A program made the translations under genes and the position numbers. Shown in pieces: positions 1-9,984 of a stretch of DNA of 64,000 nucleotides (its first letter is position 1; each line of letters starts with the position of its first letter). A model generated the notes under the pieces. It worked only from the letters and a program-made list of their open reading frames with translations. It was not told where the DNA came from and searched no databases. Source of the DNA: a virus; IMG/VR virus record IMGVR_UViG_3300020472_001862, positions 106,237-170,236 of that record. The stretch is one strand, 5' to 3'.

Positions 1-1
1 T

Positions 2-109
2 AATTTTACTCATAGAGTATCTAAAATAAAATTAGACCGTGCTTTTAAGGCCCTAGATAAGAAGGTTAAGAAGTACCAAAGACGACAAGCACAGGCCAAA
101 CAGGCATAA
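2..109 (+). CDS. 3' end of a truncated CDS (hypothetical)
   Basis: Open frame from the window edge ending ...QAQAKQA-TAA. Confidence 0.5.
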   Translation, partial: NFTHRVSKIKLDRAFKALDKKVKKYQRRQAQAKQA

Positions 110-130
110 ATAGTATTAAAGGAGAAACAG

Positions 131-484
131 ATGGCAGATGACATATTTGACTTTGGTTTTACAGCAGTAGATGAACCTGATCAGGGAACACCTGCTCCTG
201 CACAACCGTCTGTAGACTCAGACGCAATCTTAGATAAACTAGCACAACTAGAAGCTAAGGTATTGAACGCAGATAATTCTGGAATGGTTAATGAACACAG
301 GGCATTAATTGAATCCGATGTATCTAGCAAACTTCGTGATGTAGAGGATCTTGTCCTCCCTTTACTTTACAATTTGCAAAAGAATCCTGAAAAGGAATAT
401 ATTCATTGGCCAAATAGAACGGCTATTATTGACAAACAAATTGAAAAGATAAAGGCGGTAACAAGATACTATGAGCGAGTCTAA
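131..484 (+). CDS. Conserved T4-like phage hypothetical protein
   Basis: AGGAG SD; CATAAATA late-type promoter just upstream; DFGFTAVDE and YIHWPNR motifs recalled from marine T4-like phages. Confidence 0.7.
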   Translation: MADDIFDFGFTAVDEPDQGTPAPAQPSVDSDAILDKLAQLEAKVLNADNSGMVNEHRALIESDVSSKLRDVEDLVLPLLYNLQKNPEKEYIHWPNRTAIIDKQIEKIKAVTRYYERV

Positions 485-1082
485 CGGATTAAATAAAAAC
501 CAATTACAAAACGCATACCAAAGACCAGTAGCTAACATCTATGACTTGTACCTCACAGGTGCAATAGGAGATGCCAAAGACTATCAAGATTGGAATCAAA
601 TGATGAGATCAGCTACGGAAAATGATGTTGTTTACATACATATTAATTCTAATGGCGGTGAGATATTTACAGCTATACAATTAATGAGAACAATGCAGGA
701 GACACAGGCAACTGTAATAGCTTCTGTGGAAGGTATGTGCATGTCAGCAGCCACATTATTATTTTTAACAGCAGATGTATGTGAAGTATCAGAACATAGT
801 CATTTCATGTTCCATACATACAGTTCAGGTAATTGGGGTAAGGGTAGTGAACAATTAGCTAATGTAATGGCTGATGATAAATGGGCACGACACTTATTCA
901 ATACAGTTTACAAAGGATTCTTAGATCCAAAAGAGATGGAGTCAATGATTGATGGTAAGGACTTATGGATGAATCCTGCAGAAGTAGGCAAGAGGTTAGA
1001 GAAAAGAAACAAACTAGCCTTAAAAGGTAAAGGACCAAAAAAGAAGGAAAAAGCTTTACTTTCACCTAAAAAGACTCCATAA
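471..1082 (+). CDS. clpP: ClpP-like serine protease (Clp protease proteolytic subunit family)
   Basis: HINSNGG, CMSAA (catalytic Ser), FMFH (catalytic His), DLWM motifs. Confidence 0.8.
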   Translation: MSESNGLNKNQLQNAYQRPVANIYDLYLTGAIGDAKDYQDWNQMMRSATENDVVYIHINSNGGEIFTAIQLMRTMQETQATVIASVEGMCMSAATLLFLTADVCEVSEHSHFMFHTYSSGNWGKGSEQLANVMADDKWARHLFNTVYKGFLDPKEMESMIDGKDLWMNPAEVGKRLEKRNKLALKGKGPKKKEKALLSPKKTP

Positions 1083-1083
1083 T
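1055..1083 (+). promoter_or_regulatory. Sigma70-type early/middle promoter upstream of the 1106 ORF and TonB-dependent receptor
   Basis: TTTACT-N17-CATAAT, same geometry as the other promoters in the window. Confidence 0.55.
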
Positions 1084-1105
1084 TGTAAGTATATAGGAGA
1101 AAGAT

Positions 1106-1546
1106 ATGAAAGAAGTTTTTAAGTTTATTTGTGTAATGTTTATAATGGCTCTTGCAGCAGGCCTGTCACCTAAAGCAGAGGCAGCAGACACCAGTGATGT
1201 AATTGCAGGTATTATATTTGGAGGTTGGTTAGGCAGTGAATGGCAAAAAGACAGACAACCTATTGAACCCTATGTAACACACTTCCCACATGGAACAATC
1301 ATTGTTCCAGGGTATAAATTAACAAGAAACATGCAGTGCTTTTTTGAAATGGAAGCAGATGGCATGCCCAAGTATGCGGTGCCTAACTGTTCCACTAGTG
1401 GTAGCAGTTATCGCAACAAATATTCTAACGCAAAAATCCTCCAGCAGGATATGTATCCTTGCGGTAGTTATTGGGGATATGGTTGCAGACATTTAGTTCA
1501 ACAACTAAAAAATGGAACCATTACAGGGGTATTTAATTTTAATTAA
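1106..1546 (+). CDS. Exported hypothetical protein
   Basis: N-terminal signal peptide (...AEA|AD) and a glycine-zipper-like segment. Confidence 0.65.
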   Translation: MKEVFKFICVMFIMALAAGLSPKAEAADTSDVIAGIIFGGWLGSEWQKDRQPIEPYVTHFPHGTIIVPGYKLTRNMQCFFEMEADGMPKYAVPNCSTSGSSYRNKYSNAKILQQDMYPCGSYWGYGCRHLVQQLKNGTITGVFNFN

Positions 1547-1554
1547 GGAGTAAT

Positions 1555-3090
1555 ATGAAACACTTGAATGTGAAAGCCCTACTAACAGTAGGACTAATTT
1601 TCGTTATGACACCAGGAATGGCGTCAGATATAGAAGAAGTAATTGTAATAGGAGCCAATGAAACATTTGGTTCATCTCAACCAGAGTATGATAATTCAGT
1701 ACTAGAAGCAGTAGATGTTTATAGTGTATATCAAGCTGGTGGAAGAGGAGGTTTTGCAGGAGTTTCTAGCAATGGAACAGATGTAAAACATACAGCAGTT
1801 TTTAGAAATGGAATCCCTGTAAACAATCCAGGAGGTGGCTGGTTTGATTTTGGAACTGAACTACCTACATTTCAAGACTTTACAATTATATCAGGACCTA
1901 ATAGCGTATTGTTTGGTAGCTCAGCAATGGCAGGAACAGTACTTATGGAGGACACATTTTCCCCACACTTTTTTACTAAGGGTGGCGACAAAAGATACTT
2001 AGTATCATTGGGCAATGAATATGTATCATTAGCACATTACAAAGGATCTAATGGTTCTGCACGAACAGATAATAATGAGGAAGATTGGTTTGAAAATACA
2101 ACACTAAAAACTAATTACCAGGTAGGTGATTGGAAACTTGTATCCTCATACCAAGACTATACTTATGATTATGACAACTGTTGGTTTGGAATTGACGGTA
2201 ATGATTGTGTACAACAAGGTGAAAAAGTAGACATGTCAATTAGAAATAGTTGGCTCACAGTAGGCTATGGACAAAATGATGTTGAACACAATACAGGATG
2301 GGAATCTAAAAGCAAAAGATATTTTGTGGATGCTAATGAAGAAATTTTACCTGGATTAATTGTAGGCGCACAAGCACACAGGCAGGAGTATAATGAATAT
2401 TGGTATCAACATTATGCCACCTATGTAAATTATTCTTTAGAAAATCATAGCATTGGTTGGAGAGTAGAAGACGACGATCATGTAATTAGATATGGTTTTG
2501 AAAAAGATCTATTTAGACTTTCATTAGGTAACAGTATTAGAATGCCTAATCTATATGAAAGGTTTGGTGATGATTGGGTAGCAGCTAACCCTGGATTAAA
2601 AGCAGAGAAAGGTAAAGGCATAACATTAGGATATGGATTCCTCTCAGCATTTTATTATGACTTCTCAGAAAGTATAGATTTTGATATGGGTACTTATGGT
2701 TATGTCAACTCAGGAGGATATGAATCCAAAGGATTTAGTATTGAAAAACATTTCCTATATGATGATGGTGCATTACATGTATCAACTTCATATACTGATA
2801 CAGATCAAATTAGAGCTGCCAAATATGAAACAAAGTTATCCTGGTTCAGTACAATACAAGGCTGGGACTATCTAATATCATATGTAGGACAATACGACAG
2901 AGGTAATGACTTTGACGGAACACCTATTGATGATGTATCAACCTTTGATTTTAATGTAGGATACTACATAAGGCCAGGATTGCGTTTTGCAGTCGAGATT
3001 AGGGACATTTTGAACAGAGAATTCGAGATTTTGCCCCATTATGGCGCTGGTGGAAGGGAAATAAATCTCACCTTACACCTAAGTTATTGA
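1555..3090 (+). CDS. TonB-dependent outer-membrane receptor, BtuB (cobalamin)-like, compact
   Basis: Signal peptide, TonB box IEEVIVIG, plug motifs VFRNGIPVN and GPNSVLFGSSAMAGTV, amphipathic barrel strands, C-terminal aromatic residue (LHLSY). Confidence 0.85.
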   Translation: MKHLNVKALLTVGLIFVMTPGMASDIEEVIVIGANETFGSSQPEYDNSVLEAVDVYSVYQAGGRGGFAGVSSNGTDVKHTAVFRNGIPVNNPGGGWFDFGTELPTFQDFTIISGPNSVLFGSSAMAGTVLMEDTFSPHFFTKGGDKRYLVSLGNEYVSLAHYKGSNGSARTDNNEEDWFENTTLKTNYQVGDWKLVSSYQDYTYDYDNCWFGIDGNDCVQQGEKVDMSIRNSWLTVGYGQNDVEHNTGWESKSKRYFVDANEEILPGLIVGAQAHRQEYNEYWYQHYATYVNYSLENHSIGWRVEDDDHVIRYGFEKDLFRLSLGNSIRMPNLYERFGDDWVAANPGLKAEKGKGITLGYGFLSAFYYDFSESIDFDMGTYGYVNSGGYESKGFSIEKHFLYDDGALHVSTSYTDTDQIRAAKYETKLSWFSTIQGWDYLISYVGQYDRGNDFDGTPIDDVSTFDFNVGYYIRPGLRFAVEIRDILNREFEILPHYGAGGREINLTLHLSY

Positions 3091-3120
3091 AATAAATAGT
3101 AAAAAGATTTCAAAAAATGC

Positions 3121-3149
3121 TTGACTCTTGGTTCGCCAGAGTGCATAAT
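3121..3149 (+). promoter_or_regulatory. Early promoter (TTGACT-N17-CATAAT), copy 1 of a duplicated cassette
   Basis: Exact -35/-10 spacing; nearly identical to 5721-5749. Confidence 0.85.
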
Positions 3150-3185
3150 ACATGTATATTAAATAAAAAGTGAGGACTTAATAAT

Positions 3186-5693
3186 ATGCCAAACCAAATA
3201 GAAGTAAAATCAGTATTAGCGAAATTACTAGCGACAGAGGATATTGACATTGTTCATGATGCCAAAGCTCCAACTGCAGCATTTGATGTAAAGAACCGTA
3301 AACTGTATTTACCTGTTTGGAAAAACATGTCTAACTCCATGTACGATTTATTCATCGGACATGAAGTAGGACATGCACATGAAACTCCTGAAGAAGGATG
3401 GCATGATGCAGTTATTGATAACCCTTCACTAAAAGCATTCTACAATATTATAGAAGACGCTAGGATTGAAAGAAAAGTAAAAGAAAGATATCCTGGTCTT
3501 GTTAAGTCCTTCCACAGAGGTTACCAAGAATTATTCGATAAAGACTTTTTTGGTGTTAAGGATAGAGACTTAACCACACTTCCTTTTGTTGATAGAGTAA
3601 ACTTACATTTTAAAATTGGCCACTTACTTGGTCTTAAATTTACAGAAACAGAACAGACTTTCCTAGACAGAGTTTCCAAAACAGAAACATGGGCAGATGT
3701 AAAAGAACTAGCACATGAGTTAGCAGACATTTCCAAGAAAGAAGCTGAGGAAAGACAAGACGAATTAGAACCACTCCAACAGATGTTAGATGACTTGATG
3801 TCAGATATGGATCAAGCAGAATCCGAGACACCTGATTGGAATAACTACATGCCAGATCATATGAAAGAAGATGAGGAGTCAGAAGATGACGGAGAAGGTG
3901 AAGGTGAAGGTGAAGCTCAAGAAGATGACACCAAAGACGAATACGGAAATCCAAAACCAGGAACACCCGGTGGTTCTCAAGGTGAGGATGAAAGCGATGA
4001 AGACTTCAACGAGCGTAGACAAAAAGAGTGGGACGCAGAACAGAAACAATGGGAAGAAGATCGTAAGAGAAGAAATGCAGAATACGAAGCAGAAACAAAA
4101 GCTCGTGAACTATACGAAGAAGATGTAGCTAAGAACGAAGAACAGAAAAAAGAGCTACAAGATGCCATCGAAGAAGTTGAAAAGATGCATGGCTTCCTAA
4201 ACGGCGAAGGCCAAAAGTCAATTACAGATGACGCTTTCAGAGATAACGAAAAGTCACTTGTTGATACAGACGCTCAAGAAATTGTTTACTTGAAACCTCA
4301 GAAGTTGCACAAGGCTAAAGAGTGGATTGTTCCAATGAACGAACTATATAATTGGGACGAGTGCATAGAGCTACAAGACGGCGGTGAATTTGATTATGAT
4401 AATCCAATGCCAGTAGACAGAGTTAAGGCTGAAGGTAAAAGATTGTTCAAAGAGTTCTTGTCCAACACTCAACCAATAATCAACTCAATGGCACAGACTT
4501 TCGAGATGAAGAAGGCAGCACAGGCTAACAAGAAAGCACAAATTGCCAAGACAGGTAAGTTGAATGAGGACAGACTTTGGGCTTACCAATTGACTGAAGA
4601 CTTATTCCAAAAGAACATGATTGTTCCTAACGGTAAGAACCATGGTATCATAATGTATGTTGATTTATCAGGTAGTATGAACAGACAGATGCCTGGTACA
4701 CTAGAACAGATGATGAATATGGCATTGTTCTGCAGAAAGGTTAACATTCCATTTGATGTATATGGTTTCTCAAATTGCAGATATGGTGAGAGACACCCTA
4801 CTCCTTGGAGTGAGAACAAAGACATGAACAGAAGTATTATAGAGGGTCGTGAAGACGGCGAAATGATAATTACAGATTCTAACTTTGCTCTTGTCCACAT
4901 GCTAAGCTCTACTTGTAAGAAGTCAGACTTTGATAACGCAATGGCATACTTATTACTAATGAAGTTAGGATACTCAAATAGAAGTTATTACTATGCAGAA
5001 CCAGGCCAATTATATGGTTACATACAGAACGATTACTTTAGACTAGGTGGTACTCCACTTAACTCAGCTCTTGTTCTAGCTCCACAGATTGCCAAAGAGT
5101 TCCAGAAGACTTACAATGTAGAAAAGTTGACTACGGTATTCTTAACAGACGGTGGTGCTACAGACTCTATTACATACAGAGACTCAACCAGAGAACACAG
5201 AGCAGTGGCTAGTGTATATGGTGAGCCAATAGCTATTAAGCAACAAGGCAGCACCACACAGCTCCCTAACAAGGGTGGATACAGCCGTAGAGATGGTGTT
5301 ACTACATTGACCCTTGTAGAGTTCTACAAGAAGATCACAGGTAGTACTCTTATTAACTTCCACATTGTAGACGGTAAGAGAGAAAACTTCTACAGCGAGT
5401 ATGTATCCACAGACTGGATGGAAGGCATAACTCCACATAACTATGTAACCAATGAGTTCATAGATGGTACATGGAAAGAAGTACTTAAGGACAAATTTAC
5501 AGTCGTAGAACCAGCATTTGGATACGACGCTAGGTTCCTACTAAAAGGACAAAAAGATCTTGAAGTAGGCGTACAAGAATTGGAAGTAAAATCCAACAAA
5601 AAAGGTGATTTATTGAGAGGATTCAAGAAGTTTTCTAAAGGAAAAAGCACTTCTAGAACTTTCCTTAATCAAATCATAGAGTTAGTAGCATAA
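3186..5693 (+). CDS. CobT-like metallopeptidase/vWA-domain protein, partner of the AAA+ ATPase
   Basis: HEVGH zinc motif, NIIEDARIE, acidic linker, MIDAS elements DLSGSM, GTP, TDG. Confidence 0.85.
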   Translation: MPNQIEVKSVLAKLLATEDIDIVHDAKAPTAAFDVKNRKLYLPVWKNMSNSMYDLFIGHEVGHAHETPEEGWHDAVIDNPSLKAFYNIIEDARIERKVKERYPGLVKSFHRGYQELFDKDFFGVKDRDLTTLPFVDRVNLHFKIGHLLGLKFTETEQTFLDRVSKTETWADVKELAHELADISKKEAEERQDELEPLQQMLDDLMSDMDQAESETPDWNNYMPDHMKEDEESEDDGEGEGEGEAQEDDTKDEYGNPKPGTPGGSQGEDESDEDFNERRQKEWDAEQKQWEEDRKRRNAEYEAETKARELYEEDVAKNEEQKKELQDAIEEVEKMHGFLNGEGQKSITDDAFRDNEKSLVDTDAQEIVYLKPQKLHKAKEWIVPMNELYNWDECIELQDGGEFDYDNPMPVDRVKAEGKRLFKEFLSNTQPIINSMAQTFEMKKAAQANKKAQIAKTGKLNEDRLWAYQLTEDLFQKNMIVPNGKNHGIIMYVDLSGSMNRQMPGTLEQMMNMALFCRKVNIPFDVYGFSNCRYGERHPTPWSENKDMNRSIIEGREDGEMIITDSNFALVHMLSSTCKKSDFDNAMAYLLLMKLGYSNRSYYYAEPGQLYGYIQNDYFRLGGTPLNSALVLAPQIAKEFQKTYNVEKLTTVFLTDGGATDSITYRDSTREHRAVASVYGEPIAIKQQGSTTQLPNKGGYSRRDGVTTLTLVEFYKKITGSTLINFHIVDGKRENFYSEYVSTDWMEGITPHNYVTNEFIDGTWKEVLKDKFTVVEPAFGYDARFLLKGQKDLEVGVQELEVKSNKKGDLLRGFKKFSKGKSTSRTFLNQIIELVA

Positions 5694-5720
5694 AAATGTT
5701 GAAATCTTTTGAAAAAATGC

Positions 5721-5749
5721 TTGACTCTTGGTTCACCAGAGTGCATAAT
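5721..5749 (+). promoter_or_regulatory. Early promoter, copy 2 of the duplicated cassette
   Basis: TTGACT-N17-CATAAT followed by GTGAGGA SD. Confidence 0.85.
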
Positions 5750-5786
5750 AACGGTATATTAAATAATAAAAGTGAGGACTTATAAT

Positions 5787-6971
5787 ATGAAAGCAATAGA
5801 TAGAGAAAACTTAATCCAGGCGTTACAGTCACAGGACAACGGCACTGGAGTTTTTACCCGTAAACAAATCATTGAAACTGCCACATCAATTGGCTTAGGT
5901 TTCCCAGCGTGGTTGGTTAACGGAAAACCAGAAGTCAAAGTAGACAGAGGTGTCTATAACCTGACTTCAATGTTTGGTGGCCAGGTGGCTAGCGCACAAC
6001 CAATTGAACCAGCAACACAGCAGGTTCCATTGGCGGTTGTTGAAACACAACCTAGAGAGTTGGTACAGGCACAACTAAGAGTTGATGTCGAGAATCTAGT
6101 TCCTGAGAAGGACGCTACATTCGTTCCATTTGGCTTTTACAAAGACTTGAAAAAAGTTTTAAGCTCAAGTATGTTTTACCCAATATTCATTTCAGGCTTA
6201 TCAGGTAATGGTAAGACTACAATGGTAGAACAGGTTTGTGCTAATCTTAAGCGTGAGGCTATAAGAGTAAATATTAGTATTGAAACTGATGAGGATGATT
6301 TAATCGGTGGCAATACACTAGTTGACGGTAATGTCGTCTATAGAGAAGGGCCCGTCCTCACCGCGATGAAGCGGGGCGCTGTTCTCATACTTGATGAAGT
6401 GGATAGGGGTTCGAACAAGCTGATGTGCTTACAAGCCATCCTTGAGGGGAAGCCTTACTTCAACAAGAAGACTGGCGAAACCGTAACTCCTGCTCCTGGA
6501 TTTAACTTAGTAGCAACAGCTAACACTAAGGGTCGAGGTTCAGATGATGGCAAATTTATTTCAGCCAACATACTCGACGAGGCATTCCTAGAAAGGTTTG
6601 CAATCACAGTTGAGCAGGAGTACCCTACAATGGCTACCGAGAAAAAGATTGTTGTTAAGAAGATGGAAAAGGTCAACAATGTTGACGAAGACTTCGCGAC
6701 ACACCTTGTTACTTGGAGTGATGTAATTCGTAAAACATATTACGAAGGTGCCATCGACGAACTTATTTCAACTCGTAGGTTGGAACACATTGTTAACGCA
6801 TTTGCCGTGTTTGGTGACAAGCAAAAGGCAGTTCAACTTTGTGTTAATAGGTTCGACGAAGACACAAAAGAGGCATTCATAGACTTGTATGCCAAAGTTG
6901 ATCCTAGTGTAGAACTAGCAGAGTCAACTGAAGAAACTGAACAGGAGATACACGAAGATGGCGAAGAGTAA
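5787..6971 (+). CDS. cobS: CobS-like MoxR-type AAA+ ATPase (T4-like phage core gene)
   Basis: Walker A GLSGNGKT, Walker B LILDEVD, ATANTKG, DEAFLERF, ISTRRL. Confidence 0.9.
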   Translation: MKAIDRENLIQALQSQDNGTGVFTRKQIIETATSIGLGFPAWLVNGKPEVKVDRGVYNLTSMFGGQVASAQPIEPATQQVPLAVVETQPRELVQAQLRVDVENLVPEKDATFVPFGFYKDLKKVLSSSMFYPIFISGLSGNGKTTMVEQVCANLKREAIRVNISIETDEDDLIGGNTLVDGNVVYREGPVLTAMKRGAVLILDEVDRGSNKLMCLQAILEGKPYFNKKTGETVTPAPGFNLVATANTKGRGSDDGKFISANILDEAFLERFAITVEQEYPTMATEKKIVVKKMEKVNNVDEDFATHLVTWSDVIRKTYYEGAIDELISTRRLEHIVNAFAVFGDKQKAVQLCVNRFDEDTKEAFIDLYAKVDPSVELAESTEETEQEIHEDGEE

Positions 6972-7266
6972 GACGCCAGAGTATAAGTTCAACGAAGGAG
7001 CTCTCATTAGGGAGCTCCAATCGTATATCGACGCTACATACTCAGGGCATTATAGCAGAAACAAATTCCAATCAACGGAATTTATCAGTGATTGTGGACA
7101 CGGAATAGGATTTGCAATAGGCAATATTCTTAAGTATGCACAACGGTATGGCAAAAAAGGAACCTCAGAGGACCATAGAAAGGACCTACAAAAGGTTTTA
7201 CATTATGCCATTATTGCACTTAACGAACACGACAAGAGTACAACAAAGCATTATCTAGACGACTAA
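6958..7266 (+). CDS. DUF3310 / T7 gp1.7-like small protein
   Basis: HY...GNILKYAQRYGKKG...DLQKVLHY motif. Confidence 0.7.
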   Translation: MAKSKTPEYKFNEGALIRELQSYIDATYSGHYSRNKFQSTEFISDCGHGIGFAIGNILKYAQRYGKKGTSEDHRKDLQKVLHYAIIALNEHDKSTTKHYLDD

Positions 7267-7277
7267 TAAATACTGAT

Positions 7278-8837
7278 ATGAACAAGGGTATTATATTAGG
7301 TTGTCTACAACAGAACCCAGGTTGGCAAGGCGCATTAGGAGCGCTAAACCCAAACTGGGTTAACCTCAAAAGATCAGGTGGCGCACATAAGATAGCCACT
7401 TTCATGCGTAAAGAAGGTTGGGACATTGAAGTCCTCGATTACTGGTTGGCATTTGAAGAGCATGAGTTCAAACAATTTGCCCGTTCAAGGATAACACAAG
7501 ATACAAAATTCATAGGTGTTAGTGTTACCTTTGGATACAAATTAGACCTATTACAAAGAGCACAAGATCATCTTAAATGGTTAAAGGAAGAGTATCCTGA
7601 TGTAACTATAATTGCTGGATCTAAAATGCTAGTTGACATCATGGTCCTACCTTGTGATTATTATGTATGTGGTTATGGAGAGTATGGATTAATTAAATTA
7701 TTAAAGGGTGAAGCAACGATAACAAAGTTTCAAGGATTGAATTGTGTTATGGCAGATAGACATCACCCTTGTTTCCCTAGTAAAGATTTGCGTGTTGAGT
7801 ATGAGGATAGAGACTTTATTCAACCCACAGATACTCTAACACTAGAACTCTCCCGTGGTTGTAAATTTAAATGTAAGTTCTGTTCATACAATGCAATAGG
7901 TATGAAGGGAGACTTAACTAGGGATATGGATACTTTATATGATGAGATGTTATCTAACTATGAAAGGTTTGGTGTAACTAGCTATCATGTGGCAGACGAA
8001 ACAACAAACGACAATCAAGAGAAAATAAGATTTGCTGGTAGTGAAATACAAAAACTTCCTTTCAAACCAAACCTAACAGGATTTATTAGAGCAGATATAT
8101 TATCCACAAGAGAGGACGATAAAAAGTACCTAGCAGAGATGGGATTCTGGGCTCAGTATTATGGTGTGGAAACTTTTAACCAAACTGCAGGTAGAACTGT
8201 AGGTAAAGGTATTGATCCTGATAAACTTAAAAGGGGATTGCTGGATACTAAAGACTATATGAACAAACATTGTGGCAGGTATAGGGCAACTACAAGTCTA
8301 ATATTAGGACTGCCTTACGAGACGTCTGAGAGCCTCTATGATGGTTTAAATTGGTATAGAGAGCATATGCCTAATGAGAATTTAGTGATGCAACCCTTAT
8401 ACATAAACAGACAAATAAACGAATTAATGTTTGCATCCTCAGAGTTTGGTAGAACATGGAGGCAGTCTGGACACTTTCATCCTGAGGAAATAAAAGAAGA
8501 GATTACTGCTGAGGATTACGCAGAGTTTTCAGAACACCCTATGTTACAAGGATATATTAAGAATTTACATAGTGAACAACATAACTTACATTGGAGCCAC
8601 GATAGTTACACATGGAAGTCAGCAATACTAGAGTTAGCTAGAACTATGCAACAGGGTTTGTATGACCCTAGAATTAATAGGATAATGACATGGGATTTAT
8701 TTAACTTTATAACTCCAGGAACATATGATTATGATAGTGTATTAGAACTATCTATCATGGGTTATGATGTTAAAAAACTCACAGAGGATACCAATACATA
8801 CATTAAAAACTATAAAGAGGCAAAATTAAATGCCTAA
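7278..8837 (+). CDS. Cobalamin-binding radical SAM enzyme (class B-type architecture), paralog 1
   Basis: N-terminal B12-binding-like domain (GAHKIAT..EVLD, IGVS, DYYVCGYGE), then SRGCKFKCKFC, ADET, GVET, ILGLPYET. Confidence 0.85.
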   Translation: MNKGIILGCLQQNPGWQGALGALNPNWVNLKRSGGAHKIATFMRKEGWDIEVLDYWLAFEEHEFKQFARSRITQDTKFIGVSVTFGYKLDLLQRAQDHLKWLKEEYPDVTIIAGSKMLVDIMVLPCDYYVCGYGEYGLIKLLKGEATITKFQGLNCVMADRHHPCFPSKDLRVEYEDRDFIQPTDTLTLELSRGCKFKCKFCSYNAIGMKGDLTRDMDTLYDEMLSNYERFGVTSYHVADETTNDNQEKIRFAGSEIQKLPFKPNLTGFIRADILSTREDDKKYLAEMGFWAQYYGVETFNQTAGRTVGKGIDPDKLKRGLLDTKDYMNKHCGRYRATTSLILGLPYETSESLYDGLNWYREHMPNENLVMQPLYINRQINELMFASSEFGRTWRQSGHFHPEEIKEEITAEDYAEFSEHPMLQGYIKNLHSEQHNLHWSHDSYTWKSAILELARTMQQGLYDPRINRIMTWDLFNFITPGTYDYDSVLELSIMGYDVKKLTEDTNTYIKNYKEAKLNA

Positions 8838-8882
8838 TTATTATAAATAGTAGACAGAGATTACAACAATTGGAGTAAATAA

Positions 8883-9209
8883 ATGGCATATACAGTAACA
8901 TGGGTCTTAACAAGGCCAAACGCAGAGACAGCTCTTCCTGTTATTAGTGATTATTCAGCCACTAATAAGGATGCAAGCGACGCAATTTATGCTAGTTCAG
9001 GAGTTACAAAGTCCTATTCCATAGATGGATTGGCAACCACAGTTACTTATGAAGCAGCAGATAAAGCAACTTATGACTCAGCCAAAACACAGATAGATGC
9101 AATATCAGATGAAGCTTCTGTAAAAGCAAGTTTAAAAACAGCAATGCAATCAGCAGGATGTACCGTAGTGGTAACAGATTCAGAAGGAACTGAACTAGCA
9201 AACTTCTAA
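8883..9209 (+). CDS. Small Ala/Thr/Ser-rich late protein, possibly structural
   Basis: TATAAATA near 8842, GGAG SD, composition typical of virion proteins. Confidence 0.6.
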   Translation: MAYTVTWVLTRPNAETALPVISDYSATNKDASDAIYASSGVTKSYSIDGLATTVTYEAADKATYDSAKTQIDAISDEASVKASLKTAMQSAGCTVVVTDSEGTELANF

Positions 9210-9225
9210 CAAACAGGTTTATATT

Positions 9226-9984
9226 ATGAATTTTGGTGAGAGAATAACTTACGAAAAAGATAACCATGTCGCCGTCTTAACAATAAACGGTGTTGGTCCT
9301 CTAAATTTAATTGACAGACCTTTTTATCAAGGTTACAATGATGCCCTAGTAGAATTCCGTGAGGATGACTCTAGGGTTTTACTTATCAAGTCAGGCAATC
9401 CTAATCACTTCACAGCAGGCTTCGAGGTAGATACTATTATCGATGCCTTAAAGACTGGTTACGGCAATACAGTTACAGATAATGATATGGTTACACCTAA
9501 ACCTATAGTATCTGCTATCAAAGGATATTGTGTTGGAGAGGGTGTAGGTATTATGTTGGCAAGTGATTTTGTATTTGCAGATGCATCAACACAAATATCA
9601 TGTCCAGAAACAAAACTAGGTTTCAATGCTGTTACTATGCAGGTTAAATTCGCACAAAGAATAGGCCACAATAGAACAATGGAATTTATGATGGGAGATT
9701 TACATGATGTTAAATGGTTAGACAAAGTAGGACTATTGACTAAAGAGTGTGATGGAGATGTAGATGAAGTTGCATTAGCATACGCACATAAAATTGCCAA
9801 TAACAATGCACCCATTGCCGTTAGAGGAACAAAAGGTGCCATATGGCATACAGTAAACTCTCATAAGGACGAAGCTATAGACTTTGCTTTATGGGCTAAA
9901 GACATGACATTAGATTCAAAGGATATAGAGGAAGGTGTAGCTGCTTTTATGGAAAAAAGGCCACCCGAATTTAAAAATGAATAA
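9226..9984 (+). CDS. Enoyl-CoA hydratase/isomerase (crotonase) family protein
   Basis: FTAGF, PKPIVSAIKGYCVGEG, PETKLG, EGVAAFMEKRPPEF. Confidence 0.9.
   Translation: MNFGERITYEKDNHVAVLTINGVGPLNLIDRPFYQGYNDALVEFREDDSRVLLIKSGNPNHFTAGFEVDTIIDALKTGYGNTVTDNDMVTPKPIVSAIKGYCVGEGVGIMLASDFVFADASTQISCPETKLGFNAVTMQVKFAQRIGHNRTMEFMMGDLHDVKWLDKVGLLTKECDGDVDEVALAYAHKIANNNAPIAVRGTKGAIWHTVNSHKDEAIDFALWAKDMTLDSKDIEEGVAAFMEKRPPEFKNE

Noticed and set aside
3860-4170. GAAGGT tandem repeats and overlapping alternative ORFs
   Set aside because: They reflect the acidic low-complexity linker of the vWA protein; the overlapping ORFs are shadows.
3186-6971. CobT/CobS as a cobalamin-biosynthesis cobaltochelatase supporting the B12 hypothesis
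   Set aside because: No CobN is present. This MoxR AAA+/vWA pair is widespread in T4-like phages and more likely a chaperone, so its adjacency to the receptor is not counted as evidence.
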